Shown piece after piece: positions 9,585-18,609 of a stretch of DNA of 64,000 nucleotides (position 1 is the first letter of the stretch; every line of letters begins with the position of its first letter). Where the stretch lies: the NCBI GenBank assembly GCA_045587125.1, contig JAZNBN010000016.1, positions 96,728-160,727 on the forward strand, given 5' to 3'. The notes below the pieces were generated by a model, which was given only the letters and a program-made list of their open reading frames with translations, had not been told where the DNA came from and searched no databases. A program made the position numbers and the translations under genes. This stretch comes from Candidatus Enterousia sp. (lineage in GTDB: Bacteria > Pseudomonadota > Alphaproteobacteria > Rs-D84).

Positions 9585-11351
9585 TTATTCATTCAAAAAT
9601 CCACCAGATTGCATTTTCCATAATCTTGCGTAAATACCATCTTTATGTAATAGGTTTTTATGGTTCCCGCTTTCTACTATTTTGCCTTTATCCAGTACGA
9701 TTAATCTATCCATATTTCTAAGTGTTGACAGTCTATGTGCAATGACAATAGTTGTACGACCTGCGGATAATTTTGTAAACGATTCTTGGATTGTTTTTTC
9801 TGTTTCACTGTCCAGTGCAGATGTTGCTTCATCTAATATTAATATAGGTGCGTTTTTCAGAAACGCACGTGCAATCGCCACCCTTTGTCTTTGACCGCCC
9901 GACAGTTTTATCCCACGATCTCCAATACGTGTATCGTATTTATTTGGTGTAGATAAAATAAATTTATCTGCGACTGCGTCTTTGGCAGCACGTATGATTT
10001 CCTTTTCAGATGCGTCCATTCGTCCATATTGAATATTTTCACGGATAGTTCTGTTAAACATGGTTGAATCTTGGGGGATAAATGCAATGTTTTTATGTAA
10101 GGATTTCTGGGTAATCGATTTAATGTCTTGTCCATTAATATATATCGCACCACTGGTCGGGTCATACAAACGCATAATCAGATTTACCAGTGTTGTTTTG
10201 CCTGCTCCAGACAGACCGACTATTCCAACTCGCTCGCCCGGTGCAACAGAAAAAGACAGATTTTTTAATACGTTATTTTTACCATAACCAAAACAAAGTT
10301 TTTTAATTTCTAACACTGCATTTGATACGATTAAATCAGTTGCATCTGGTTTGTCGGTAATGCTGATTGGTTTTATCAGTCCGTTATAAGAACCAACCGC
10401 ACGTCCCCATTTTTCAACAAAGTTTTTGATTTCCATGATTAAGTTAAAAGATAATGAGCTGATACCTACAAATACACTAAGTGCAAAAGATATGTCCGCA
10501 ATTGAAGATTTACCGTTTGCATACATATATCCGCACAGTACAATCAATGCAGTCATCCCAACTACGTCCATTATATAATTACCGGGTGCCCAAAAGAAAC
10601 GAGATTGTGCATGACCTGTGCGCGCTGTTTTTTCATATTCTGTTCGGTATGGTTCTGCACATTTTTGTTCCCAATCTGCGTTTGCAAATAATTTTACTGC
10701 CATGAAATTAGATAATGTGTCCAGCAGACGGCCATGCAATGAATTTAAAACCTTTGATGTTTTTGCAGATGCATTCAGTGCATATTTTATACGCCATACC
10801 CCCCATCCAACACGACAAATCACAGCTGACATAATAACCAATACATATTGCCAACCAATTTCAAATAATCCGCCAAGACCTAATATAAATGCCCCAACCG
10901 TTGCAGCTGTATTGCCGAATACCATATTAAATGTTTCATAAAAGCCAGTGGCGATACTGTCTATTTGTGAATTGATTTTGCCCGGCATAGACTCTGTATA
11001 ATATTCAGCGGTCTGATTAAAAACATATTCATATAAATCTGCGGATATTCTGTTATAAGATTTATACTTAATACAGTTATCAAATACAGTCCAACGCATG
11101 ACGGCACCTGTTACTAAGGTTGCACGTACTGCAAAGTATGCAATCGCAACAGGTGTAATATTTAGTAAAGCATCTGGTGCAGGTTGTGATTCCAATGTTG
11201 AAATTACCATCTTGATAAAAAATGCAGGTATAACACTAAAACCGGCTGTATCAAAAACTGATAATACAAAATATAATAATGCCCAACCTTTAGTGTACCG
11301 AAACAGGTTTTTAGAATAAAAACTTAACACAGAATCAGGAAATATTCTCAT
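9585..11351 (-). CDS. ABC exporter, fused permease/ATPase (MsbA-like architecture)
   Basis: Six N-terminal TM, Walker A GLSGAGKTT, signature LSGGQRQRVAIARAF, Walker B ILILDEATSALD. Confidence 0.9.
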   Translation of the reverse strand: MRIFPDSVLSFYSKNLFRYTKGWALLYFVLSVFDTAGFSVIPAFFIKMVISTLESQPAPDALLNITPVAIAYFAVRATLVTGAVMRWTVFDNCIKYKSYNRISADLYEYVFNQTAEYYTESMPGKINSQIDSIATGFYETFNMVFGNTAATVGAFILGLGGLFEIGWQYVLVIMSAVICRVGWGVWRIKYALNASAKTSKVLNSLHGRLLDTLSNFMAVKLFANADWEQKCAEPYRTEYEKTARTGHAQSRFFWAPGNYIMDVVGMTALIVLCGYMYANGKSSIADISFALSVFVGISSLSFNLIMEIKNFVEKWGRAVGSYNGLIKPISITDKPDATDLIVSNAVLEIKKLCFGYGKNNVLKNLSFSVAPGERVGIVGLSGAGKTTLVNLIMRLYDPTSGAIYINGQDIKSITQKSLHKNIAFIPQDSTMFNRTIRENIQYGRMDASEKEIIRAAKDAVADKFILSTPNKYDTRIGDRGIKLSGGQRQRVAIARAFLKNAPILILDEATSALDSETEKTIQESFTKLSAGRTTIVIAHRLSTLRNMDRLIVLDKGKIVESGNHKNLLHKDGIYARLWKMQSGGFLNE

Positions 11352-11465
11352 AGTCTAAATATTAAAACATAGTTATGTTTATTTCAATACAAATTTATAT
11401 AACGAAATTTGATATTTATAAAAAGCGATATAGAATATATCAAAGGATATCAAAATGCTGAAACA

Positions 11466-11591
11466 ATCAGTATGCCACGTACAGGCTTTCTTAGTTTGCA
11501 TGCATTGATGACCGCAATTTCGCAATTCTATGACCCTGATTCAGAATCCAAATATGGAATTGTTGGCATAGAATTACAGGTTACAGAATAA
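11466..11591 (+). pseudogene. 3' fragment of an ASCH-domain gene (relic paralogue of the end of 24030..24812)
   Basis: ISMPRTGFLSLHALMTAISQFYDPDSESKYGIVGIELQVTE matches the last 40 aa of 24030..24812 at 31/40 positions. The upstream part of the domain is absent. Confidence 0.6.
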
Positions 11592-11601
11592 TCGTAAAAA
11601 A

Positions 11602-12372
11602 TTATTTTTCTGCCTCGGTGATTTTTGCACGCAGTTCTGGTTCGTTTGCCTTTATCCAATCGTATGCACATTCCATAAAATCAGTGAAAGATTTACGATT
11701 TGTGTACATATCGTGCAGTGTTTCAAAAATAGGATGTCCAGCAATGTTCATATCATAAAAATAATTGTATGCAATATATTGTGGTGGCGTGCTAAGTTTT
11801 GCAATTTCAGAATTTCGTATAATTGTTTCAACTACTAATTCAGACAGTAACCATTTCAGATGTGGAAAATTATATTCTGATTTATCGTCTTGGAAATGTT
11901 TCTGCCACGCATAAAACCACACAAAGTGTGTTATTTCATGCAAAGCCATTGATATGGCATCATTTGGTTCAAAGTTATAATAAATGGAAAAACTGTTGTC
12001 ATCCAAATAACGTGGGCAAATCGGGTTAAGCGCAACGAAAGCGACCATATCGTTCATAATCTCAGAACAGTCCATATCGAACGCAGATGAATATGCATTA
12101 TTCAGATTTTTTGCAACTGGCGCCCATGCGTCTTCAAACATATGGATTGAATTTTCAATTTCTGCCTGTCTGTCGTTTCTGATTTTTTGCAGTTCGTGTT
12201 CCAGATATTCAAACCTTTTTTCTTGGGGTAATGATTGTGCGTATTCAAAATCCAATGACGGGTATGCATTAAACAACATTTTTTTCCACCACATTGGGGT
12301 ATCATCTTGCTGATGATAATAAATGAAATCTATATCTGGTTCAAAATCACGTTGTTGCCATTTTAATTTCAT
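11602..12372 (-). CDS. Hypothetical protein with HExxH motif (putative zinc metallopeptidase-like)
   Basis: LHEITHFVWF motif mid-protein, no signal peptide. Its start overlaps the upstream gene's stop by one nucleotide (12372). Confidence 0.5.
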   Translation of the reverse strand: MKLKWQQRDFEPDIDFIYYHQQDDTPMWWKKMLFNAYPSLDFEYAQSLPQEKRFEYLEHELQKIRNDRQAEIENSIHMFEDAWAPVAKNLNNAYSSAFDMDCSEIMNDMVAFVALNPICPRYLDDNSFSIYYNFEPNDAISMALHEITHFVWFYAWQKHFQDDKSEYNFPHLKWLLSELVVETIIRNSEIAKLSTPPQYIAYNYFYDMNIAGHPIFETLHDMYTNRKSFTDFMECAYDWIKANEPELRAKITEAEK

Positions 12373-13085
12373 TATCTGTCCTTTGTATTTTGTATTTGTT
12401 GCATTGCGTTATATTCAGTCATCATTTTTTTGACCGCCCCTATTAAATCAGTTCGTATTACTTCTGGGGTGATATATGTGTTTGCAAAAGAATTTTCAAA
12501 CATCGTTTGCACAGGTTTGTTAAATAATTCAAGGCATATAATATCAACGATACGTTCTTTGATATTATGTGGAACATTGTATTTTTTTATAATGGGTTCT
12601 TCTATTAAAATATGCACGAATTCATGCAGGCATATATTTAATAGACCATATTGGTTTCCTTGGAATTCGGACATTCTTAATATAATACCTGGGTTTCTAC
12701 CATATGCGTATGCACCGCCCAATCCATATTCACATTGTATGTATATATGTTCTGGTAATTGTGCGTTCCAACTGGCCAATAATGGCACGATTTGTTTTTC
12801 TATGGCACGCAGCATATTGGGTATAACATCATTTGTTATCGTGGCATCTAATCGTGTTAAATCAGATTCTTTATAAATTTCATTTATGAAAAGATTACGA
12901 TAATACTTAATTTGTTCAGGGGTTGGTTTTTTAATTTCCATAAATTCATGAATGCGTTTATCATTTGGAACAAAGTTATTATATTTATATCCGAATTGTT
13001 TAAGTTTTGTATGATAATTATTATGTGCCCAGGCAGTAATTTTCCAAGATTCTTGTGCGTTGACATGTCTTAGATTAATTTTCAT
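12372..13085 (-). CDS. Hypothetical protein with HExxH motif (putative zinc metallopeptidase-like)
   Basis: LHEFVHILIEE motif at a similar relative position to its downstream neighbour, no signal peptide. Confidence 0.5.
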   Translation of the reverse strand: MKINLRHVNAQESWKITAWAHNNYHTKLKQFGYKYNNFVPNDKRIHEFMEIKKPTPEQIKYYRNLFINEIYKESDLTRLDATITNDVIPNMLRAIEKQIVPLLASWNAQLPEHIYIQCEYGLGGAYAYGRNPGIILRMSEFQGNQYGLLNICLHEFVHILIEEPIIKKYNVPHNIKERIVDIICLELFNKPVQTMFENSFANTYITPEVIRTDLIGAVKKMMTEYNAMQQIQNTKDR

Positions 13086-13171
13086 ATAACGTCCCCTTTA
13101 TTTATAGATTATAGCATCTTTTGCATTATATCTGTATTGAAAATTGTAATATTTAGGTATAAAATACTGGT

Positions 13172-14638
13172 ATGAAAAAAACATTTTACATCTTTCGTCA
13201 TGGTGAAACAGACTATAACGCACAAAAACGTATGCAGGGCTGGGTTGATATACCACTGAATGCGAATGGTGTGGCCCAGGCACATACGCTGGCACAAAAA
13301 TTATCGGGTATTTCATTTGATTGTATTTATTCTTCACCGCTATCACGTGCATTGGATACAGCCAAGATTGTTGTTGGTGACAAAGATACAAAAATTATTA
13401 CAGACGGTGGATTACGTGAATGGAATATGGGGTTGTTGGGTGGAAAAATTGTACGTATAACGGATGAACCAATTGATACCCCGATTGATATGATGGCTGA
13501 TACAGTAAATGTTCCGTATGCACTGATATCAAATGATGATTATGTTGTACCAAATGGCGAAAGTTATAATATGTTTGCCAAACGTGTATGTGATGCGATT
13601 GCAGATATTGCAAAAAACACAGATGCACAAATAATCGGTATTGCGACCCACGGTGGTGTGGCCAAGGTTTTAATAAAATCATTAACAGATGTGCATTGGT
13701 CACGTGTAGGAATGCCAAATTGTGGATTTTTCAAATTAGAATATGATGGCGAAAAATTCACAATGCGTGAAGTGCCGGATTGGCTAATGCCAATGGTTAC
13801 AGATAATACAGGTAAACCATTAACTGTATACCATGGTACATATTACGATTTTGATTATTTTCGCCCATTGACACACTTTGGTAACTTGGTAAATGCACAA
13901 AGTAATCTAAATGAAGGCAAATGGAAACGTGATACTAATATAGATATAACAAAGCCAAAGATTATACCTGTGAATTTGCGTGCGGGTCGTTGGGACGAAA
14001 TTCCGGATTTGAACGACCACAGTGTTCAGAATTTTATGGGCATTTTATTTCAGTATATGTGTGGCGATAAAATTGCTGACTTTATTCGTGTGTTAAATAT
14101 TCGTGATGAAGCAGAATTTTATAAAAATATTTCATCAGCAAAACAGGCGGTGTTGGAAATGGATATTGATGTTCCATGGCAATTTGATTGGGTGTGTGAA
14201 CCTGTGCGTGGGACAATGCCTATGGACACAGTGCACGATGAATTAGGTTTAGAAACATTGTTTGATGTTCATAGTGTGGAAAACCTGTTCTTTCAGCGAA
14301 TGATTTTATATTTTGAATCAATTGGTTTAACTGGGTTTAAGTATAAAAATTATACCGAAGGTCCTGGTGATATGTCGTATATAAACCTTCGTCAGAATAA
14401 TATTGTGCGAACGGATAAAGTGTTGCCATCGCATTCTTTGCCGACGTCAAAACAGACTGCACAATTGAATCGGTTGCGTGCAGATTTTGCAAAGGCGTAT
14501 AAGCCACGTAAATTTACAAAGATTGAAAAAGAAATGTTGTTGGGTGAATTAATTAACTTTGCGACATTTAGGTTTGATGAAATAAAATACATGTCAAAAA
14601 AATCATGGTCAAAATCGAACAATCAATCTGAAAGATAA
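13172..14638 (+). CDS. Histidine phosphatase (PGAM-like) fused to a ~280-aa C-terminal domain of unknown function (possible ART-like)
   Basis: N-terminus FYIFRHGETDYN..QGWVDIPLN..G..QA and HGG are histidine-phosphatase motifs. C-terminus has VYHGTYYDFDYF..THFG and KYKNYTEGPGDMSYINL. Confidence 0.7.
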   Translation: MKKTFYIFRHGETDYNAQKRMQGWVDIPLNANGVAQAHTLAQKLSGISFDCIYSSPLSRALDTAKIVVGDKDTKIITDGGLREWNMGLLGGKIVRITDEPIDTPIDMMADTVNVPYALISNDDYVVPNGESYNMFAKRVCDAIADIAKNTDAQIIGIATHGGVAKVLIKSLTDVHWSRVGMPNCGFFKLEYDGEKFTMREVPDWLMPMVTDNTGKPLTVYHGTYYDFDYFRPLTHFGNLVNAQSNLNEGKWKRDTNIDITKPKIIPVNLRAGRWDEIPDLNDHSVQNFMGILFQYMCGDKIADFIRVLNIRDEAEFYKNISSAKQAVLEMDIDVPWQFDWVCEPVRGTMPMDTVHDELGLETLFDVHSVENLFFQRMILYFESIGLTGFKYKNYTEGPGDMSYINLRQNNIVRTDKVLPSHSLPTSKQTAQLNRLRADFAKAYKPRKFTKIEKEMLLGELINFATFRFDEIKYMSKKSWSKSNNQSER

Positions 14639-14663
14639 CCATCGCCCATTTTTGTGGTTTATT

Positions 14664-15200
14664 TTATCTGTCCAGACCTTGGTTTAAAAACGAGGCGATT
14701 TGATTGGCGCCGTCCGGCATATATCGTTTAAAACGGCCTGTTGCCAATGTTTTCTTCCATAGTTCATGGCACTCTTCTTTCGACAGTCCAGTAAAATCCA
14801 CCTTGTCTTGCAGAACATACACTTTGATTTTTCCGTTTCTGATTTCTTGCATAATGTCAAATTCATAGGATTTTAAAATCGGTACATCGTGCAGACAATA
14901 ATAATCATCACCGTCTGGTATAAAACCATCCGAAGAAACTTCGTATACGTATGCTTTGGCACCTGTCAGATTTTGGTTTATACTTTCAACATACAATGTA
15001 TCTATTCCGTTGGGACTTTTCCAATCGCTGCTGATTATTCGCATAGCGGCATACAATTGCGCGTGTTTAAAACTAGGGGATGCAAATGCTGCGGTTATCG
15101 GAGTCCGCATACCGTTAATATGCGCACGTTTCATTCTGATAAAACCGTCTGTGATTTCACATTGCGACCCATGATAAAGTCTTTTTGGTTTTTCGGTCAT
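14664..15200 (-). CDS. Hypothetical protein, possible H-Y-E type ADP-ribosyltransferase-like fold
   Basis: Start at the ATG 15200 behind GAAGGA. RLYHGS, AAFASPSFKHAQLYA and AYVYEV are laid out like PARP-type NAD-binding motifs. This is from memory and is not HMM-verified. Confidence 0.5.
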   Translation of the reverse strand: MTEKPKRLYHGSQCEITDGFIRMKRAHINGMRTPITAAFASPSFKHAQLYAAMRIISSDWKSPNGIDTLYVESINQNLTGAKAYVYEVSSDGFIPDGDDYYCLHDVPILKSYEFDIMQEIRNGKIKVYVLQDKVDFTGLSKEECHELWKKTLATGRFKRYMPDGANQIASFLNQGLDR

Positions 15201-15211
15201 ATACTTATTCC

Positions 15212-15272
15212 TTCTTTTCCACAAATTATACCACAATTCATCACGCTCTGCATCACAGTTTTTTTGTGTTTT
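15212..15272 (-). promoter_or_regulatory. Promoter/leader cassette, copy 1 (diverged)
   Basis: Minus strand reads ...CTGTGATGCAGAGCGTGATGAATTGTGGTATAATTTGTGGAAAAGAAGGA...ATG. Extended -10 TGGTATAAT; homologous to the copies at 19752 and 20881. Confidence 0.6.
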
Positions 15273-15452
15273 CCGAATTGTCTGGCATACCGCACAGATA
15301 ATATCTGGTTTTTCGTTAAATGATAGAAATTAAACAACAAAATAAGATTTGACAATATACTTGTTTGTGCTATGTTGAGGGTGCGCTAGGCTAGTATCAA
15401 TAAAAGGTGTATGAAACCCCAAAATACTTTACATAAATTACAAGGAGTTTTT

Positions 15453-16733
15453 ATGATACGTGAAGAATATTTAAATCCTGAATATATGTATAAATTTATT
15501 AACGCATTGTGTCGTACAGATAATTGGATGTTAACGGATTTTCAGTTCGGACGCTTGGAATACAAAACTTTTGAACAACCAGGTTTGATGTATAACAAAT
15601 ATGGTTATAACATGGTATATAAATGCGAAATCTACAGATTGTCAACTTGGCCGGTTCATTTTGGTGAAAAGTATTTAGGTAATATTGGAGTAACGCAGGA
15701 TATCTTAAAGAAACAATTAGATTATAAAACTATATATTTTGATATTCGTAACGAATGTTTTGCAGAACATGATAACAATGTCGCATCCTTTAAGGCATAT
15801 CCTGCGTTTTTTAGTATGGATAATCAGGTTTATTATGGAATTTATAATCAACCGCGTGTTATGCGCCATCATCGCAGTCGGGCACGTGAGATGGAATGTT
15901 TATCTGAATATATGAAAGAAATGAATGCCACAGCGCATAATATATTTACTATTAATGAATTGTTATATAACACGAGCTCTAGAGGCAGTTTTTTTGCTGG
16001 ATTTCCTGATTGGACATCTTTGTATGATAATCGAAAACAGGCAAATAAAGCAGTTGTTAAACTTGTTACTGGCGAACACGATTGTAAAAAATATAAAAAA
16101 TTGACATCTCTAGATCGTCCAACAGATGAGTTTAAATTGCCGCTGCATCAAGATAATGTGCCGCATTTTTACACAAATAATGTACTAGAATTAACACTGC
16201 CAATTGCCGAGTCTGTATATGCACTTGCCGATAAAGTTCATAACAGTTTGCGTAGTATCGAGAATTCTTTATATGTGTTAGGTTCTGTCACGTATCAGAC
16301 TATGGTAAAGCAAGTGGACCTCTTGCGTTTGATTGTAAATTTTGATGGGAAAACAGAATCTTTTGATCGTACGAACCTTTTGCGTTTAAAACATGATTGT
16401 TTTTTAGAAGACGAGAGTTTTGGTGGCGGAACAGGATATTTTGACCTCTATGATCATTATCCACTGACTGCTACAGTATTTCAAGCTCAACAAAATTCTC
16501 AAAAATTGGCTTTAAAAGCACCCCAAGAAGTTGAAGTATGCAAGAATGTAATGGATACTTCTTTTAGAAGCATTAAGTCTTCTATGGAAGGGTATAACGA
16601 ATTGCTTGGCGAAATTAATAAATTACGAACCGCACCACCATCATTGGATAGAATGTTAGAGATATCAAATGCTATCAAGGTCTTAAAAAACAAACGGACG
16701 TGGGATAAATTGAATGCCGCCAAAGAAAAATAA
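15453..16733 (+). CDS. Hypothetical protein (426 aa)
   Basis: Start at the ATG behind AAGGAG, TTGACA-17-TATGTT promoter upstream, no recognised motif, terminator follows. Confidence 0.6.
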   Translation: MIREEYLNPEYMYKFINALCRTDNWMLTDFQFGRLEYKTFEQPGLMYNKYGYNMVYKCEIYRLSTWPVHFGEKYLGNIGVTQDILKKQLDYKTIYFDIRNECFAEHDNNVASFKAYPAFFSMDNQVYYGIYNQPRVMRHHRSRAREMECLSEYMKEMNATAHNIFTINELLYNTSSRGSFFAGFPDWTSLYDNRKQANKAVVKLVTGEHDCKKYKKLTSLDRPTDEFKLPLHQDNVPHFYTNNVLELTLPIAESVYALADKVHNSLRSIENSLYVLGSVTYQTMVKQVDLLRLIVNFDGKTESFDRTNLLRLKHDCFLEDESFGGGTGYFDLYDHYPLTATVFQAQQNSQKLALKAPQEVEVCKNVMDTSFRSIKSSMEGYNELLGEINKLRTAPPSLDRMLEISNAIKVLKNKRTWDKLNAAKEK

Positions 16734-16765
16734 AAAGCCGACAAGATGTAAAGCAAAAGAACGAT

Positions 16766-16792
16766 AAAAAACGCACCGTTTGGTGCGTTTTT
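16766..16792 (+). terminator. Rho-independent terminator; also left copy of a repeat shared with the tRNA-Thr locus
   Basis: AAAAAACGCACC-GTTT-GGTGCGTTTTT; 26 nt identical to 27051-27076. Confidence 0.8.
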
Positions 16793-16875
16793 AAACGGGT
16801 GGCCCTTGTCGGGATGCCAAGGCGAGTCCAAATTCCAAGATTTCCAATGTTTCTAGACACAGATATGTAATCTAT

Positions 16876-17136
16876 CTAAATTTGTTTATCTAATTTAATT
16901 TCCCAACACTTATCTGTCCCCAGGTCATTAGGCTTGGTTGTTATGGCAACAGATGAAATCTTGTATGTAGCGGTTGTATTAGTATAACCTTTATGAAAAA
17001 CAACAGTGCTATAATGTTTATTGGTTAATCGTTTATTCCAATATTCAGAGCATTCACGATATTCTGATGTTTTTTTGCCTGATATAATCAGGTCAAACCA
17101 ATGATGTTTTAGTACAAGATGCAATACGTTGTTCAT
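16876..17136 (-). CDS. ASCH-domain protein (small)
   Basis: LKHHWFDLIISGKKTSEYR...VVFHKGY pattern of the ASC-1 homology beta-barrel. Confidence 0.6.
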   Translation of the reverse strand: MNNVLHLVLKHHWFDLIISGKKTSEYRECSEYWNKRLTNKHYSTVVFHKGYTNTTATYKISSVAITTKPNDLGTDKCWEIKLDKQI

Positions 17137-17150
17137 ATATAATTTTGTTC

Positions 17151-18056
17151 CTATTCAAACATTTCCAATGGTATGTCGTATTCGTTACAAAAATCATAAA
17201 AGAATTCTAAAAACGCTTGTACTTTCGGACTTTTAATTGTTAACGGATTTCCAATTCCAGTTAAAATATATTCATAGTCAAAATCAATGTTTGGAACTTC
17301 TACCAATCGTTCATTACGCATAGTGCACCATTCAGGCATCAGTGATATACCGGCACCATCACAAACCAATTGGTATGCAATAGATGCAGAATCAGTTGTC
17401 AGATTTAATTTCTTTGCACGTTTCAGAATGAAATTACATTCTGGTAATTGCAAGAATTTTTGTCGGATGCATAATTCAAAGTTTTCCAACATGTCATCCA
17501 TATCTTTTGGTACACCATGTTTATTCAAGTATTCAGGCGTAGTATAAAATTTTGTTTTAGTCTTAAATTTGAATAACGGTTTATTCCCTGGGATTTTTTG
17601 CAGCGATCGTATATCAAGTATAGATATGTCCGGATTTGACATATTCATATGGCGATTTGTTAAAATATCTAAACGGATTTTTGGGTGTTTGGCATATAAC
17701 TTGTATAATTCGGTAAACAAACGACTGCCGGCAAATCCTTCTTCGGTCCAAATAGAAATATGACCTGTCAGTTCATCTGGACCTGTAATATTATGATAAA
17801 TATTATCAAGTGTATTTACAATGTTTTCAATATCTGCATATAATTGTCGTGTTGCATTTGTTGGCACGCTGCCTGCTGAGCTACGGATTAATAAACGTGT
17901 TTTAAATCTTGCTTCTAAATCAGAAATTATTTTAGACATATTGGAATGTTTTATTCCATTTCGGTCTGCAGCGGCCTGGATTTGGCCTAAATCAATTACT
18001 TCTTTTAGTGCTAACAGTTCGCGTAAAAACGTAATTTTTGTTTTAATAGTTGGCAT
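17151..18056 (-). CDS. LysR-family transcriptional regulator
   Basis: N-terminal wHTH LRELLALKEVIDLGQIQAAADRNGIKHSNMSKIISDLEARF plus a ~200-aa substrate-binding domain. Confidence 0.85.
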   Translation of the reverse strand: MPTIKTKITFLRELLALKEVIDLGQIQAAADRNGIKHSNMSKIISDLEARFKTRLLIRSSAGSVPTNATRQLYADIENIVNTLDNIYHNITGPDELTGHISIWTEEGFAGSRLFTELYKLYAKHPKIRLDILTNRHMNMSNPDISILDIRSLQKIPGNKPLFKFKTKTKFYTTPEYLNKHGVPKDMDDMLENFELCIRQKFLQLPECNFILKRAKKLNLTTDSASIAYQLVCDGAGISLMPEWCTMRNERLVEVPNIDFDYEYILTGIGNPLTIKSPKVQAFLEFFYDFCNEYDIPLEMFE

Positions 18057-18309
18057 TACTTTCCTTTTTTAATGATACTTTTTACCATACAACAGGAAAA
18101 AAATCTAAACAATAGTTATTTTTTTAGGATATAAAACATTTTGTATATCGACGAAAAAAGATAAAAAACCTTGGAAAACATACCTGTATAGCGTTTCCAG
18201 TCCCCTTTTTATACATTGTCTTGTGTAAAAAGAGTATAAAATAAAACATAAAAACCTAGTCTATAATTCCTTCGTGTCCAACAACAAAGAAATAACAAGG
18301 AGTTTTAAA

Positions 18310-18564
18310 ATGACACACGCAGATGTTTGGTTCGCTATTGATTCGTTCGCAAAAGAGCACAAAGTATCCTGTTCAGGATTGGCAAAACGTAGCGGATTAG
18401 ATGCAACGACTTTTAATAAAAGCAAACGGTGGTCCAAATATGGGCAACCACGTTGGCCTTCTACAAACAGTATTGCAAAGATATTGGAAAGTACAGGGTC
18501 CAGTCTATACGATCTTACAAAATATTTTTCAACAAATTCTTCACCGGCACAACAAGCTATATAA
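18310..18564 (+). CDS. Small HTH DNA-binding protein (phage-repressor-like N-terminal domain only)
   Basis: Start behind AAGGAG. IDSFAKEHKVSCSGLAKRSGLDATTFNKSKR..GQPRWPSTNSIAKIL resembles the HTH of alphaproteobacterial S24-type repressors, but no peptidase domain is present. Confidence 0.55.
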   Translation: MTHADVWFAIDSFAKEHKVSCSGLAKRSGLDATTFNKSKRWSKYGQPRWPSTNSIAKILESTGSSLYDLTKYFSTNSSPAQQAI

Positions 18565-18586
18565 AAATACAGATAAATAAAATTCA

Positions 18587-18609
18587 CCGCCCAGATGGGC
18601 GGATTTTTT
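18587..18609. terminator. Terminator between convergent genes
   Basis: CCGCCC-AGAT-GGGCGG + T6. Confidence 0.75.
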
